Below, piece by piece: positions 7,807 through 17,226 of a DNA stretch of 64,000 nt. Position numbers and translations under genes: made by a program. Origin of the DNA: an uncultured Muribaculaceae bacterium (lineage in GTDB: Bacteria; Bacteroidota; Bacteroidia; Bacteroidales; Muribaculaceae); NCBI GenBank assembly GCA_947178505.1, contig CAMWYR010000005.1, positions 10,507 to 74,506 on the forward strand. The letters run 5' to 3'. Position 1 is the stretch's first letter, and each line of letters opens with the position of its first letter. The notes beneath the pieces are model-generated. The model did no database searches and was not told the DNA's origin. It saw only the letters and a list, made by a program, of their open reading frames with translations.

Positions 7807-10062
7807 ATGAAACACCTTCCCAGATATGCTTTCCCGGCCGCCATGCTGATGGGATGCGCCGCCTTCCCTACAGCCATCAAGGCGCAGACGCCGACAGAAG
7901 TGAGCGCGCAGAGTGAGGCCAATGACTCGATTCCAGACTTCACCGAACTGGATGAATTCGTAATAACTACAAGAAAAGAAGTGATAAAGAGCGACGGAGC
8001 CAAATTAAGTTATGACCTTGATGAGGATGACAGTTCGAAGGGACAGAATATGCTCGACGCCCTCAAGAAAGTTCCGATGGTGAGCGTAGACGGCACGGAT
8101 CAGATCCGCGTAAAAGGAAGCACTAACTTCAAGATTTACGTGAATGGTAAGGAAGAACCGATGCTTACCGCCAACGCCGGCCAGGTGCTCAAGTCAATGC
8201 CCGCGGAATCAGTGTCGAAAATTGAAGTCATCACCGAACCCGGCGCAAAATATGACGCCGAGGGCACCGGAGGCATAATCAATCTCATCACCGAACGCAA
8301 GCAGCGCAAGGATGGCTACACCGGTTCGCTGACAGCATCAGGAGGCACCAACCAGCAGGGCCTGTCCGCCTACGGCCGAGTGAAGTATGACAAGGTGACG
8401 GCCGATGCCAATATCAACTACGCCACAAACAGAGGCGTGGAAAGGACACAGGACTCCACGACCGACACCTATGACTTCGAGAATCAGTCGGCATACAGAC
8501 TGATTCAGAGAGTGAGGCAGAAGTTTGCCTTCGATTATATCGGAGGCGGATTCAACCTATCTTGGGAACCCTCCGAAAAGAATCTCTTTACCGCGTCCGC
8601 CAACATCTATTCAGTAGGCGCAAATGTCAGCGAACTCAATATTTTCGGAGAAACATGGTCGCAGGCCGGAGCGCTAACGGCCTCGTCACTACAGACCGGA
8701 CACGGGAAGATGGAAAACCTCGGATTGAGCAGCAACGCCAGCTACAAACGGACACTCGATGACAAGGGACAGAACATCATCTTAGCCTATGGCTTCAATC
8801 TCGGAAAGTCGCTGATGCAGATCGGGTATCTGAACGACTTCACGGTCGGTCAGCTCACAACCAACTCAAGCGAGGAAAACAGAAATGAAAACTACAACCG
8901 TGAGCATACCGTCACTGCTGATTACACCAACCCCATCGGAGGGAAACATAACCTTGAGGCAGGACTGAAAGGGATCTTCCGCCGCAATACAGGCGACGGC
9001 AAGCAATGGACCGGGCTCACTCCCGACGATCTCATCCTTAACGCAGACAACAGTATGCTGACCCGTCAGCTTCAGGATATCTATGCCGTTTACGCCAGTT
9101 ACACGTCGACATTCGGCAAACTGGGCGTGAAGGCCGGGCTGCGTTACGAGCACACATATATGGGTATGGACTTTCTTACCGGCACGATGAACAACTACCG
9201 CCGTAATCTCGACGATGTCGTACCGAATGCCGCTCTGACCTGGATGTTCGGACCCGCAACCAATCTGCGCCTCGCATATCAGATGCGAATCAACCGTCCG
9301 GGCATCGAGCAGATGAATCCCTATAGGTTTTCGATTGTCTCGACAGAGGTGCGGATGGGTAATCCCGATCTGAAGAGCGTGCATAACAACACCCTTACCC
9401 TCACCTACTCAAATTATGGCAGAATAGTCGGAGGAAACATCTCACTTGAGGCCTCACAGGCCGACAATTCCATCGAAGAATATATCTACTACGACGGAAT
9501 GGTGAAATATCAAACCTACGGCAATATCGGCAATATGCGTAGAATCAGTCTCAACGGGTTCCTGAACTGGAACATAAGCAACCGCTTCAGTTTAGGAGTG
9601 AACGGTGACATCTTCTTCACATCGATCAAGTCGACGTCTCCACGGCAGAGCAACCATTCATGGGACGGAACATACGGCGCGAACTTCAGCTACATGGCTC
9701 CCGCCAGATTCAAGATAAGCGGCTACGGAGGGCAGTCGACAGGCAATATCACCCTTCAGGGGCGCTGGAACGGATGGTATTATTACGGTCTGAGCATCGG
9801 GCGCTCCTTCCTGAAGAACGATGCGCTGACACTGACACTCAACGCCTCCAACTTCCTTACCAAATCTACGCACTGGAGCGGCAGGAATGCAACCCCCGGA
9901 CACCTGCAGATAAGCAAGGGCATTAACCCTCAATGGAATGTGGGGCTCAGCGTCAGCTGGAACTTCGGTCATCTCTCCGATCAGGTTAAGAAGACAGGAG
10001 CAGATCTTGATAACAACGATAAGAGCACATCGGGCAAACAGAACGGAGGCATCGGTCTCTGA
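7807..10062 (+). CDS. outer-membrane beta-barrel family protein with TonB-receptor plug-like N-terminus
   Basis: 751 aa. Signal peptide, plug-like DALKKVPMVSVDGTDQIRVKGSTNFKIYVNGK, long alternating beta-strand region with an aromatic-rich C-terminus. Confidence 0.82.
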   Translation: MKHLPRYAFPAAMLMGCAAFPTAIKAQTPTEVSAQSEANDSIPDFTELDEFVITTRKEVIKSDGAKLSYDLDEDDSSKGQNMLDALKKVPMVSVDGTDQIRVKGSTNFKIYVNGKEEPMLTANAGQVLKSMPAESVSKIEVITEPGAKYDAEGTGGIINLITERKQRKDGYTGSLTASGGTNQQGLSAYGRVKYDKVTADANINYATNRGVERTQDSTTDTYDFENQSAYRLIQRVRQKFAFDYIGGGFNLSWEPSEKNLFTASANIYSVGANVSELNIFGETWSQAGALTASSLQTGHGKMENLGLSSNASYKRTLDDKGQNIILAYGFNLGKSLMQIGYLNDFTVGQLTTNSSEENRNENYNREHTVTADYTNPIGGKHNLEAGLKGIFRRNTGDGKQWTGLTPDDLILNADNSMLTRQLQDIYAVYASYTSTFGKLGVKAGLRYEHTYMGMDFLTGTMNNYRRNLDDVVPNAALTWMFGPATNLRLAYQMRINRPGIEQMNPYRFSIVSTEVRMGNPDLKSVHNNTLTLTYSNYGRIVGGNISLEASQADNSIEEYIYYDGMVKYQTYGNIGNMRRISLNGFLNWNISNRFSLGVNGDIFFTSIKSTSPRQSNHSWDGTYGANFSYMAPARFKISGYGGQSTGNITLQGRWNGWYYYGLSIGRSFLKNDALTLTLNASNFLTKSTHWSGRNATPGHLQISKGINPQWNVGLSVSWNFGHLSDQVKKTGADLDNNDKSTSGKQNGGIGL

Positions 10063-10116
10063 TAAATCATTTGCCCAAATCGAAAAGATTTGTTATCTTT
10101 GTGTGTTATAACAGCG

Positions 10117-10149
10117 TTGCGGGCTTGGGCTCATTGCGCAAGCCCGCAA
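10117..10149 (+). terminator. hairpin after the outer-membrane barrel gene
   Basis: 11-bp perfect stem TTGCGGGCTTG/CAAGCCCGCAA with an 11-nt loop, 55 nt after the stop at 10062. A TATCTTTG -7-like box at 10094-10101 precedes it, so it could also sit in the ftsY leader. Confidence 0.55.
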
Positions 10150-10164
10150 CAAAATCATCTTAAT

Positions 10165-11127
10165 ATGTTCGGTAAATTTTTTTCAAAGAAGAAAAAAGAG
10201 ACACTTGACTCGGGCCTTCAGAAAACCAAGGAGGGAGTATGGAGCAAGATCTCGCGCGCCATTGCAGGCAAGAGCAAGTTAGACGACGAAGTTCTTGATA
10301 ATCTGGAAGAAGCGCTGATTACGAGTGATGTAGGTGTGGATACGACCGTAAAGATTATAGAGCGGCTGAGTAACCGCGTAGCACGCGATAAGTATGTTAC
10401 AAGCTCGGATCTCCGCAAGCTGCTCGTTGAGGAGGTGAGCGAGATGCTTGCCAAACCCGAAGATGCCGAGATGCTTGATGACTTCAAGATAAAGAAGAAT
10501 AGCGATGATCCGTATGTAATTCTGGTAGTGGGAGTTAATGGTGTCGGCAAGACAACGACGATCGGAAAGCTGGCACATCAATATAAGTCGGCGGGTTATA
10601 AGGTTGTGCTCGGTGCTGCCGACACATTCCGCGCCGCCGCCATCGATCAGCTCGTAGTGTGGGGCGAGCGGGTAGGCGTGCCTGTCATCAAGCAGAAGAT
10701 GGGCAGCGATCCCGCGGCAGTGGCGTTCGACACGCTGCAGTCAGCGAAAGCGCAGGGGGCGGATGTGGTCATCATAGACACGGCGGGACGCCTCCACAAC
10801 AAGACACACCTGATGAATGAGCTTACCAAGGTGAAGAAAGTGATGCAGCGCGTCGTACCTGATGCGCCACAGGAAATTCTTCTCGTGCTTGACGGCTCAA
10901 CAGGACAGAACGCATTTGAGCAGGCCGCTCAGTTCATGGCCGCTACGGAAATCAACAACCTTGCCATCACCAAACTCGACGGCACCGCCAAGGGCGGCGT
11001 GGTGATCGGCATCAGCGATCAGTTTAATATTCCGGTGAAATATATCGGTCTGGGCGAAGGTCTCGAGGATCTTCAGATTTTCCACTCCGAGGAATTCGTG
11101 CAGTCGCTCTTCGGCGATGCAATCTGA
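10165..11127 (+). CDS. ftsY: signal recognition particle receptor FtsY
   Basis: GTPase motifs GVNGVGKTTTIGKLA, DTAGR, TKLDG. I prefer the ATG at 10165 (MFGKFFSKKKK) because the TTG at 10090 would translate through the hairpin. Confidence 0.93.
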   Translation: MFGKFFSKKKKETLDSGLQKTKEGVWSKISRAIAGKSKLDDEVLDNLEEALITSDVGVDTTVKIIERLSNRVARDKYVTSSDLRKLLVEEVSEMLAKPEDAEMLDDFKIKKNSDDPYVILVVGVNGVGKTTTIGKLAHQYKSAGYKVVLGAADTFRAAAIDQLVVWGERVGVPVIKQKMGSDPAAVAFDTLQSAKAQGADVVIIDTAGRLHNKTHLMNELTKVKKVMQRVVPDAPQEILLVLDGSTGQNAFEQAAQFMAATEINNLAITKLDGTAKGGVVIGISDQFNIPVKYIGLGEGLEDLQIFHSEEFVQSLFGDAI

Positions 11128-11157
11128 TAACCTACCGGCACACAAAAGCGCTGAGAT

Positions 11158-12465
11158 ATGGGATTTAAAAGAAATCACGTTGATATCATCTCGATGGGAT
11201 GCTCGAAGAATCTGATTGATTCCGAACGCATGATCAGACGTCTTGAGGCCAAGGGCTATACAGTAGGCCATAATCCGGAGACTCCGGAGGGTGAGTATGT
11301 GATGGTGAACACCTGTGGATTCATCGGAGATGCCAAGGAGGAGTCGATCAATGTGCTTCTCGAACTTGCAGAACTAAAGGCCGCCGGCGAAATAGGCACG
11401 ATCGCAGCAATGGGCTGCCTCACAGAGCGTTACCGCAAGGATCTTGAAGATGAACTCCCTGAAATCGACAAAATGTACGGAAAGTTTGACTGGGAAGGCT
11501 TCGTCAACGAACTTCCTGATCTGAAAGCTGACCGCCGACCCAAGGATTGGGAACGCACCCTCACCACACCGCCTCACAGCGCATACGTGAAGATTTCAGA
11601 AGGATGCAACCGTTTTTGTGCCTTCTGCGCAATTCCTCTTATCACCGGGCGACATAAATCGCGCCCCGAGGAAGAAATACTCGAGGAGGTGCGCGATCTT
11701 GTGGCGAAAGGCGTAAAGGAATTCAATATTATCGCGCAGGATCTTTCAAGTTACGGACTCGACAGTAAACACGAGCATCGTCTCGCTCAACTTATCGACT
11801 GTATGGCCGATATCGAGGGTGTCGAATGGATCCGGCTTCACTATGCCTATCCGGCCGACTTCCCGATGGATGTGCTTGACGTGATGGCGAAGCGTGACAA
11901 CGTGTGCAAGTATCTTGATATCGCGTTGCAGCATATCTCCGATAATCAGCTTTTGAGAATGCGCAGGAAGATTACAAAAGAGGAAACCCTCAAGCTTCTG
12001 AGCGAAATACGCAGCAAGGTGCCCGGAATCAAGATCCGAACTACGCTGATGGTTGGCTTCCCCGGTGAGACAGACGAAGATTTCCGCGAACTTCTTGAAT
12101 TTGTCGAGACTCAGAAATTCGATCGTATGGGAGCGTTTGCCTATTCCGAAGAAGACGACACCTATGCCGCTCTTCATTATGAGGATGATGTTGACGCTGA
12201 GGAAAAACAAAAACGTCTCGACACGCTGATGGAACTTCAGCAGGAGATCTCCGACAGTCTGAATCAGGAGCAGGTTGGAAAGACAGTGCGCCTGATTGTG
12301 GATGAATATGAAGGAGACACGGCAATCTGCCGCAGCGAGTGGGATTCTCCGGAAGTAGACCTCACCTATCGCGTTTGTGGTACGACCGCCGCACCCGGCG
12401 AGATGATAGAGGCCACCGTGACTGAAGCGCTCCCATTCGACTTCATTGCCGAAGCCATAAACTGA
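11158..12465 (+). CDS. rimO: ribosomal protein S12 methylthiotransferase (radical SAM MTTase)
   Basis: 435 aa. N-terminal UPF0004 cysteines (SMGCSKN, NTCGF), radical SAM EGCNRFCAFCAIP, C-terminal TRAM-like domain. Confidence 0.9.
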   Translation: MGFKRNHVDIISMGCSKNLIDSERMIRRLEAKGYTVGHNPETPEGEYVMVNTCGFIGDAKEESINVLLELAELKAAGEIGTIAAMGCLTERYRKDLEDELPEIDKMYGKFDWEGFVNELPDLKADRRPKDWERTLTTPPHSAYVKISEGCNRFCAFCAIPLITGRHKSRPEEEILEEVRDLVAKGVKEFNIIAQDLSSYGLDSKHEHRLAQLIDCMADIEGVEWIRLHYAYPADFPMDVLDVMAKRDNVCKYLDIALQHISDNQLLRMRRKITKEETLKLLSEIRSKVPGIKIRTTLMVGFPGETDEDFRELLEFVETQKFDRMGAFAYSEEDDTYAALHYEDDVDAEEKQKRLDTLMELQQEISDSLNQEQVGKTVRLIVDEYEGDTAICRSEWDSPEVDLTYRVCGTTAAPGEMIEATVTEALPFDFIAEAIN

Positions 12466-12484
12466 CCAATCTGACATTTCCATC

Positions 12485-13546
12485 ATGAACCCTTCAAATC
12501 CTACAGAATTCAATACTGCACCGGCAGGTGGACACGGATTCTTTATCTACCGGCTACCCGGAAGCAATGTTCCCGATGGATATGCCGGACGCGTGAACTC
12601 CTTTACCGGACCGGAGAAGGGATTCGTGATTTATCCATTCACTACGGCCGACTTTCCTTCTGTCGTCGTTTCTCCCGACTCTCCGATCACGCCCGGAATC
12701 GGAGATGCAATTGTGGCTGAGATGCATGCTTCCGACAGTTGGACTACCCCGAAATGCCTGCTCAGCTGCACCTCAACATCGAAGGAAGAGCATAAGCGGA
12801 TGGTGGAGCGCACAGTAGAGGCAATCCGCGAGCACAAGCTGCTGAAAAGCATAATCTCCCGCACGATCGTCTCAGATGTGAGACTGAATCTAAGCAAGAC
12901 GTTCAATTCACTCTGCAGCCACTATCCCGGGGCTTTCGTGTTCTGGTACTACACCCCGGCTACAGGAATGTGGATGGGGGCTTCTCCCGAACTACTTCTT
13001 GAAAAGGAGGGAACCGCATTACGCACGATGGCACTTGCCGGCAGCCGCCCGACCGGCTCTGACGGCCCTTGGGATGAGAAGAATATGAACGAACACCGGA
13101 TAGTGACCGACTTCATCTGCACCCGATTCCGCGAAGCAGGAACGGAACCGATAGTGGAAGAGACTCGGAATTGCGCGGCGGGTCCGGTAACTCATCTTAT
13201 GACTCCGATTCACGCTACGGCGAGAGATAACGAAGCCCTGGATCTGGCGACGCGCCTCTCTCCCACTCCTGCCCTCGGAGGGATGCCTCAAAAGGGGGCG
13301 GTGAGCTGGATCTCCTCCACCGAACGCCACCCGCGCGGATATTACGGCGGATTCATAGGCCCGGCAGACAGCAATGGAGATTACAGATTCTTCGTGAATC
13401 TCCGAAGCATGCTCATTATGCCCGATAAGGTGTGTCAGTTTTCAGGCGGAGGCATTATGGAGGAATCTGTTGCCGATGACGAATGGGAAGAGACCGAGCG
13501 TAAGGCCGACACCCTGCGGCGCCTCTTCATAAGCACTGAAAAATGA
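12485..13546 (+). CDS. menF: isochorismate synthase (menaquinone pathway)
   Basis: 353 aa chorismate-binding fold. Motifs ALAGSRP, SPTPALGG, RGYYGGFIG. Confidence 0.85.
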   Translation: MNPSNPTEFNTAPAGGHGFFIYRLPGSNVPDGYAGRVNSFTGPEKGFVIYPFTTADFPSVVVSPDSPITPGIGDAIVAEMHASDSWTTPKCLLSCTSTSKEEHKRMVERTVEAIREHKLLKSIISRTIVSDVRLNLSKTFNSLCSHYPGAFVFWYYTPATGMWMGASPELLLEKEGTALRTMALAGSRPTGSDGPWDEKNMNEHRIVTDFICTRFREAGTEPIVEETRNCAAGPVTHLMTPIHATARDNEALDLATRLSPTPALGGMPQKGAVSWISSTERHPRGYYGGFIGPADSNGDYRFFVNLRSMLIMPDKVCQFSGGGIMEESVADDEWEETERKADTLRRLFISTEK

Positions 13547-13586
13547 ATTTAAAACAATCTATTCCCAACCTAAACAAATAACAACT

Positions 13587-15635
13587 ATGAATCTTAACAG
13601 CAAGCTTGCCTCCATGGCAGCCCTGTGCCTCACCCTCGGCACACTGCCGATGATGGCCGAAGAGCACACTAAGAGTCTGGATGTGAAGGGTCTCGACGCG
13701 AGCGTATCTCCCAAGACCGACTTCTATCATCACGTGAACAACAAATGGCAGAAGGACCATGCCCTTACTCCCGAGTATTCACGTTACGGACAGTTCAACA
13801 TCCTCAACGACTCAAGCAATAACCGCGTGAAGAGAATCGTGACCGGACTTTCAGCCACCAATCCGGCTCCCGGTACGAATGCCTTCAAAATCGCCACTAT
13901 CTACGAACAGGGTATGGACTCCGTGCGCCGCAACCGCGAAGGAGCAGCCCCGATCAAGGGCAAACTCGCTAAGATCGAGAATACCAAGCCTTCGGAAATG
14001 GGCGACCTCTTCCGTTATATGCACCGCTACGAGAGCGCTCCGTTTTTCGGCGTGGGCATGATGGAAGACCTTGCCAACAGTCAGGTTTATTCTATGTATG
14101 TCAGCGGTGGTGGCCTCGGCATGGGCGACCGCGACTATTACCTGCTCAACGACAAGCGCAACAAGGAAGTGCGTAACGCTTATGTGAAGTTGATCGAGAC
14201 CCAGATGGAACTCGCCGGCTACAGCAAGAAAGACGCAAAGCGAATCGCCAAGAATGTGCTTAAGATCGAGACAGAACTCGCTGACTCCGTATGGACCCGC
14301 GAGCAGAGCCGCAATATCCCCGCGATGTATAACCCGCGTACTATCGCACAGGTAGAAGAACTCTATCCTAATCTTCCCATCCGCGGTATGATCGAGGATA
14401 TGGGCATCGAGGTGCCTGAGACGGTTATCGTCACCGAACTCAACACCGTGAAGCAGGCCGACAACCTGATGAAGAAACTAACCGACCGCGAAAAGAAGGA
14501 CTACTATCTCTGGGAGATCGTGTCGGGAGCGGCCGGCCGTCTGAGCGACGACTTCGCAGACGCGGCGTTTGAATTCAGCAAGGTGAAGTCGGGCGTGCAG
14601 CAACAACGTCCCCGCTGGAAGAAGTCGCTCGGCGCAGTGGAAGGCGTTATGGGCGAAGGCATCGGCCAGCTCTACGTGGAGCAGTACTTCCCCGAATCAT
14701 CAAAGGAATATATGGAAGGGCTGGTAGAGAATCTCCGCAAGGCTCTCGGCAAACACATTATCCGTCTTCCTTGGATGACCGACGACACCAAGTTTGAGGC
14801 CCTTAAGAAACTCAACTCAATCACGGTGAAGATCGGCTATCCCGATAAGTGGAAAGACTATTCGCTCCTGAACATTGATCCTGAGCTCTCATACTACGAG
14901 AACATGCACAACGCAGGCATGTGGGCATACGACCGCGAGCTCGAGAAATGGGGCAAACCTGTCGACCGCAGTGAATGGGGTATGACTCCTCAGACAATCA
15001 ATGCATATTACAACCCGATGTTCAATGAGATCGTATTCCCGGCCGGTATCCTCCAGGCTCCCTTCTTTGATCCAGAGGCAAGCGATGCAGAAAATTACGG
15101 CGGTATCGGCGTGGTGATCGGTCACGAGCTTACTCACGGATTCGACGATCAGGGCTGCAACTTCGATGCTGACGGTAACATGGTAAACTGGTGGACGGAC
15201 TCTGACCGCGAGGCTTTTGCAGAAAAGACCGCAGGTCTGGTAGCTCAATTCAACGAGGTTGAGGTGCTCCCCGGCGTAAATGCCAACGGAGCCTACACTC
15301 TTGGCGAGAACATCGCCGACCAGGGTGGTCTCCGCGTCGCTTACACTGCATGGCTTGATGCACAGAAAAAGAAAGGCGTTGACGTGACCAGCGAGGAAGC
15401 CAAGATCGACGGTCTTGATCCTACGCAGGTGTTCTATATGAACTATGCCAATCTCTGGGCGAACAATATCCGCGAGGAAGAGATGCGCAATCTCACCACG
15501 GGCGATCCCCACTCCCTCGGTATCAACCGTGTGAATGTATCGCTCCGTAACATCGAGCCCTTCTTCAAGGCTTTCGATATCAAGGAAGGCGACGCGATGT
15601 TCCGTCCGGAAGTTGAGCGCGTGATCATCTGGTAA
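13587..15635 (+). CDS. M13 family zinc metallopeptidase (PepO / endothelin-converting-enzyme-like)
   Basis: 682 aa. Signal peptide, HEXXH in VIGHELTHGFD, ENIADQGG M13 signature. Confidence 0.92.
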   Translation: MNLNSKLASMAALCLTLGTLPMMAEEHTKSLDVKGLDASVSPKTDFYHHVNNKWQKDHALTPEYSRYGQFNILNDSSNNRVKRIVTGLSATNPAPGTNAFKIATIYEQGMDSVRRNREGAAPIKGKLAKIENTKPSEMGDLFRYMHRYESAPFFGVGMMEDLANSQVYSMYVSGGGLGMGDRDYYLLNDKRNKEVRNAYVKLIETQMELAGYSKKDAKRIAKNVLKIETELADSVWTREQSRNIPAMYNPRTIAQVEELYPNLPIRGMIEDMGIEVPETVIVTELNTVKQADNLMKKLTDREKKDYYLWEIVSGAAGRLSDDFADAAFEFSKVKSGVQQQRPRWKKSLGAVEGVMGEGIGQLYVEQYFPESSKEYMEGLVENLRKALGKHIIRLPWMTDDTKFEALKKLNSITVKIGYPDKWKDYSLLNIDPELSYYENMHNAGMWAYDRELEKWGKPVDRSEWGMTPQTINAYYNPMFNEIVFPAGILQAPFFDPEASDAENYGGIGVVIGHELTHGFDDQGCNFDADGNMVNWWTDSDREAFAEKTAGLVAQFNEVEVLPGVNANGAYTLGENIADQGGLRVAYTAWLDAQKKKGVDVTSEEAKIDGLDPTQVFYMNYANLWANNIREEEMRNLTTGDPHSLGINRVNVSLRNIEPFFKAFDIKEGDAMFRPEVERVIIW

Positions 15636-15673
15636 GATTCTCGCGCTGCATTTCTCCCATTCATTTTCTGATA

Positions 15674-16093
15674 ATGAAGAGAATCTCAAAATCTTTCCTG
15701 CTCGGAATCATGGCGCTGCTCATGGCCGTCATGATTCCGGCATGCGGAAAGGATAATGAACCGGAATCTGATCCGAATCACGACGCGGCACTGATAGGCA
15801 CCTGGGGCACCACACTCAAGCTGCAGACCTATCAGCTCGATGTGAAGCTGACCTTCGCCGCCGACGGCAAATTCAGCGGGAGCGCCATGGGAACGGTGCC
15901 TACAGTTGAATCGCCTGTGGATATCGACTTGACCGGCACGTGGGAAACTGCATCTGGCGTCATTAAGCTTGACCTCGACCAGTCGGACCTTCCGGAATTT
16001 TTGCCGCTCAACGATAACATAAAATATGAGATCATACTCGATCAGCTCTATCTTGAGGGCCTTCCCCTCTTCCCGCTCGACCGACTTGATTAA
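15674..16093 (+). CDS. small lipoprotein, lipocalin-like
   Basis: 139 aa. Lipobox MIPACG. Repeated GTW motifs (LIGTWGT, LTGTWET). Confidence 0.6.
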   Translation: MKRISKSFLLGIMALLMAVMIPACGKDNEPESDPNHDAALIGTWGTTLKLQTYQLDVKLTFAADGKFSGSAMGTVPTVESPVDIDLTGTWETASGVIKLDLDQSDLPEFLPLNDNIKYEIILDQLYLEGLPLFPLDRLD

Positions 16094-16108
16094 GTAATAA
16101 GGATAAAT

Positions 16109-16149
16109 AAAGATGGTGCATCCGACATGGGGTCTGATGCACCATCTTT
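16109..16149. terminator. bidirectional terminator between convergent genes
   Basis: Stem AAAGATGGTGCATCCGAC / GTCTGATGCACCATCTTT (17 of 18 bp) between the stops at 16093 (+) and 16178 (-). Confidence 0.75.
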
Positions 16150-16177
16150 ATAATCGCTTGACGTCTCAGCGCGTAAC

Positions 16178-17122
16178 TTATTTGAAAAGATACTGAGAAG
16201 AGATCGACTGGTTGTTGTGGATACGGCGGATAGTGTCAGCAAAAAGCTTCGCAACGGGAAGCACTGTGGCCTTGGGATTATCCTTGCCGTAGGGAATTGA
16301 ATTAGTGAAGATAATTTCCTCAAGACCGCAATCGCGCACGCGCTCGGTAGCAGGGTCGCTCATCACGGCGTGGCTGCAGAGAGCACGCACAGACTTAGCG
16401 CCGAAACTGAGAAGAAGGTCGGCTGCCTTAGTGATGGTGCCGGCTGTGTCAACGATATCGTCGATGAGGATAACGTTCTTTCCCTCTACCTCACCGATCA
16501 CAGTCATAGTCTCGATGACGTTAGCCTTGGCGCGGGTCTTGTGACAGAGCACGAGGGGCACATCGAAATACTTTGCGTAAGAGTTAGCACGCTTAGCGCC
16601 ACCCACGTCGGGAGAAGCGATAACCATATCCTTCAGTTTGAGGCTCTGAATATAGGGAATGAAGATCGATGATGCGTAGAGATGATCTACGGGCACATCG
16701 AAGAATCCCTGGATCTGGTCGGCGTGAAGGTCCATGGTGATGAGTCGAGTAATACCGGCGGCAGTGAGCAAGTCGGCCACGAGCTTGGCGGCGATAGAAA
16801 CGCGGGGTTTATCCTTACGGTCCTGACGCGCCCAGCCAAAATAAGGCACTACTGCAATGATGGAACCTGCTGATGCGCGCTTAGCGGCGTCGATCATAAG
16901 AAGGAGTTCCATAAGGTTTTCTGCTGAGGGGAAAGTTGACTGCACAAGGTAGACCTGTGCGCCGCGGATCGACTCTTCGAATCCAACTTCGAATTCGCCG
17001 TCAGCAAATTTTTCCTTTCTCATTTTACCCATTTCAATGCCGAGTTCCTTGCAGATGCTCTCGCCAAGGTAACGGGATGCCTCACCGGCAAATACCTTAA
17101 TCGGGGGAAGTAAATTTTCCAT
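16178..17122 (-). CDS. prs: ribose-phosphate pyrophosphokinase
   Basis: 314 aa. DLHADQIQGFF and PRPP-binding GKNVILIDDIVDTAGT. Confidence 0.95.
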   Translation of the reverse strand: MENLLPPIKVFAGEASRYLGESICKELGIEMGKMRKEKFADGEFEVGFEESIRGAQVYLVQSTFPSAENLMELLLMIDAAKRASAGSIIAVVPYFGWARQDRKDKPRVSIAAKLVADLLTAAGITRLITMDLHADQIQGFFDVPVDHLYASSIFIPYIQSLKLKDMVIASPDVGGAKRANSYAKYFDVPLVLCHKTRAKANVIETMTVIGEVEGKNVILIDDIVDTAGTITKAADLLLSFGAKSVRALCSHAVMSDPATERVRDCGLEEIIFTNSIPYGKDNPKATVLPVAKLFADTIRRIHNNQSISSQYLFK

Positions 17123-17163
17123 ACGGAATTTATTGAAATTGATTTTGATATCCTGCGGATTGT

Positions 17164-17188
17164 AACCGACGGAGCAGCTCCGTCGGTT
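17164..17188 (-). terminator. GC-rich hairpin between the GH13 gene and prs
   Basis: AACCGACGGAGC/GCTCCGTCGGTT. A TAATTTTG -7 box (plus-strand CAAAATTA, 17197-17204) lies upstream of it on the minus strand, so it may sit in the prs leader rather than only terminate the GH13 gene. Confidence 0.55.
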
Positions 17189-17226
17189 TCATATTGCAAA
17201 ATTAGGAAAATTTTTAAAAACGAGCC

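Noticed and set aside
10090-10164. A TTG-initiated 25-codon N-terminal extension of ftsY given in the ORF track
   Set aside because: It would be translated through the 11-bp GC-rich hairpin (10117-10149) and starts inside a -7-like box. The ATG at 10165 gives the canonical FtsY N-terminus.
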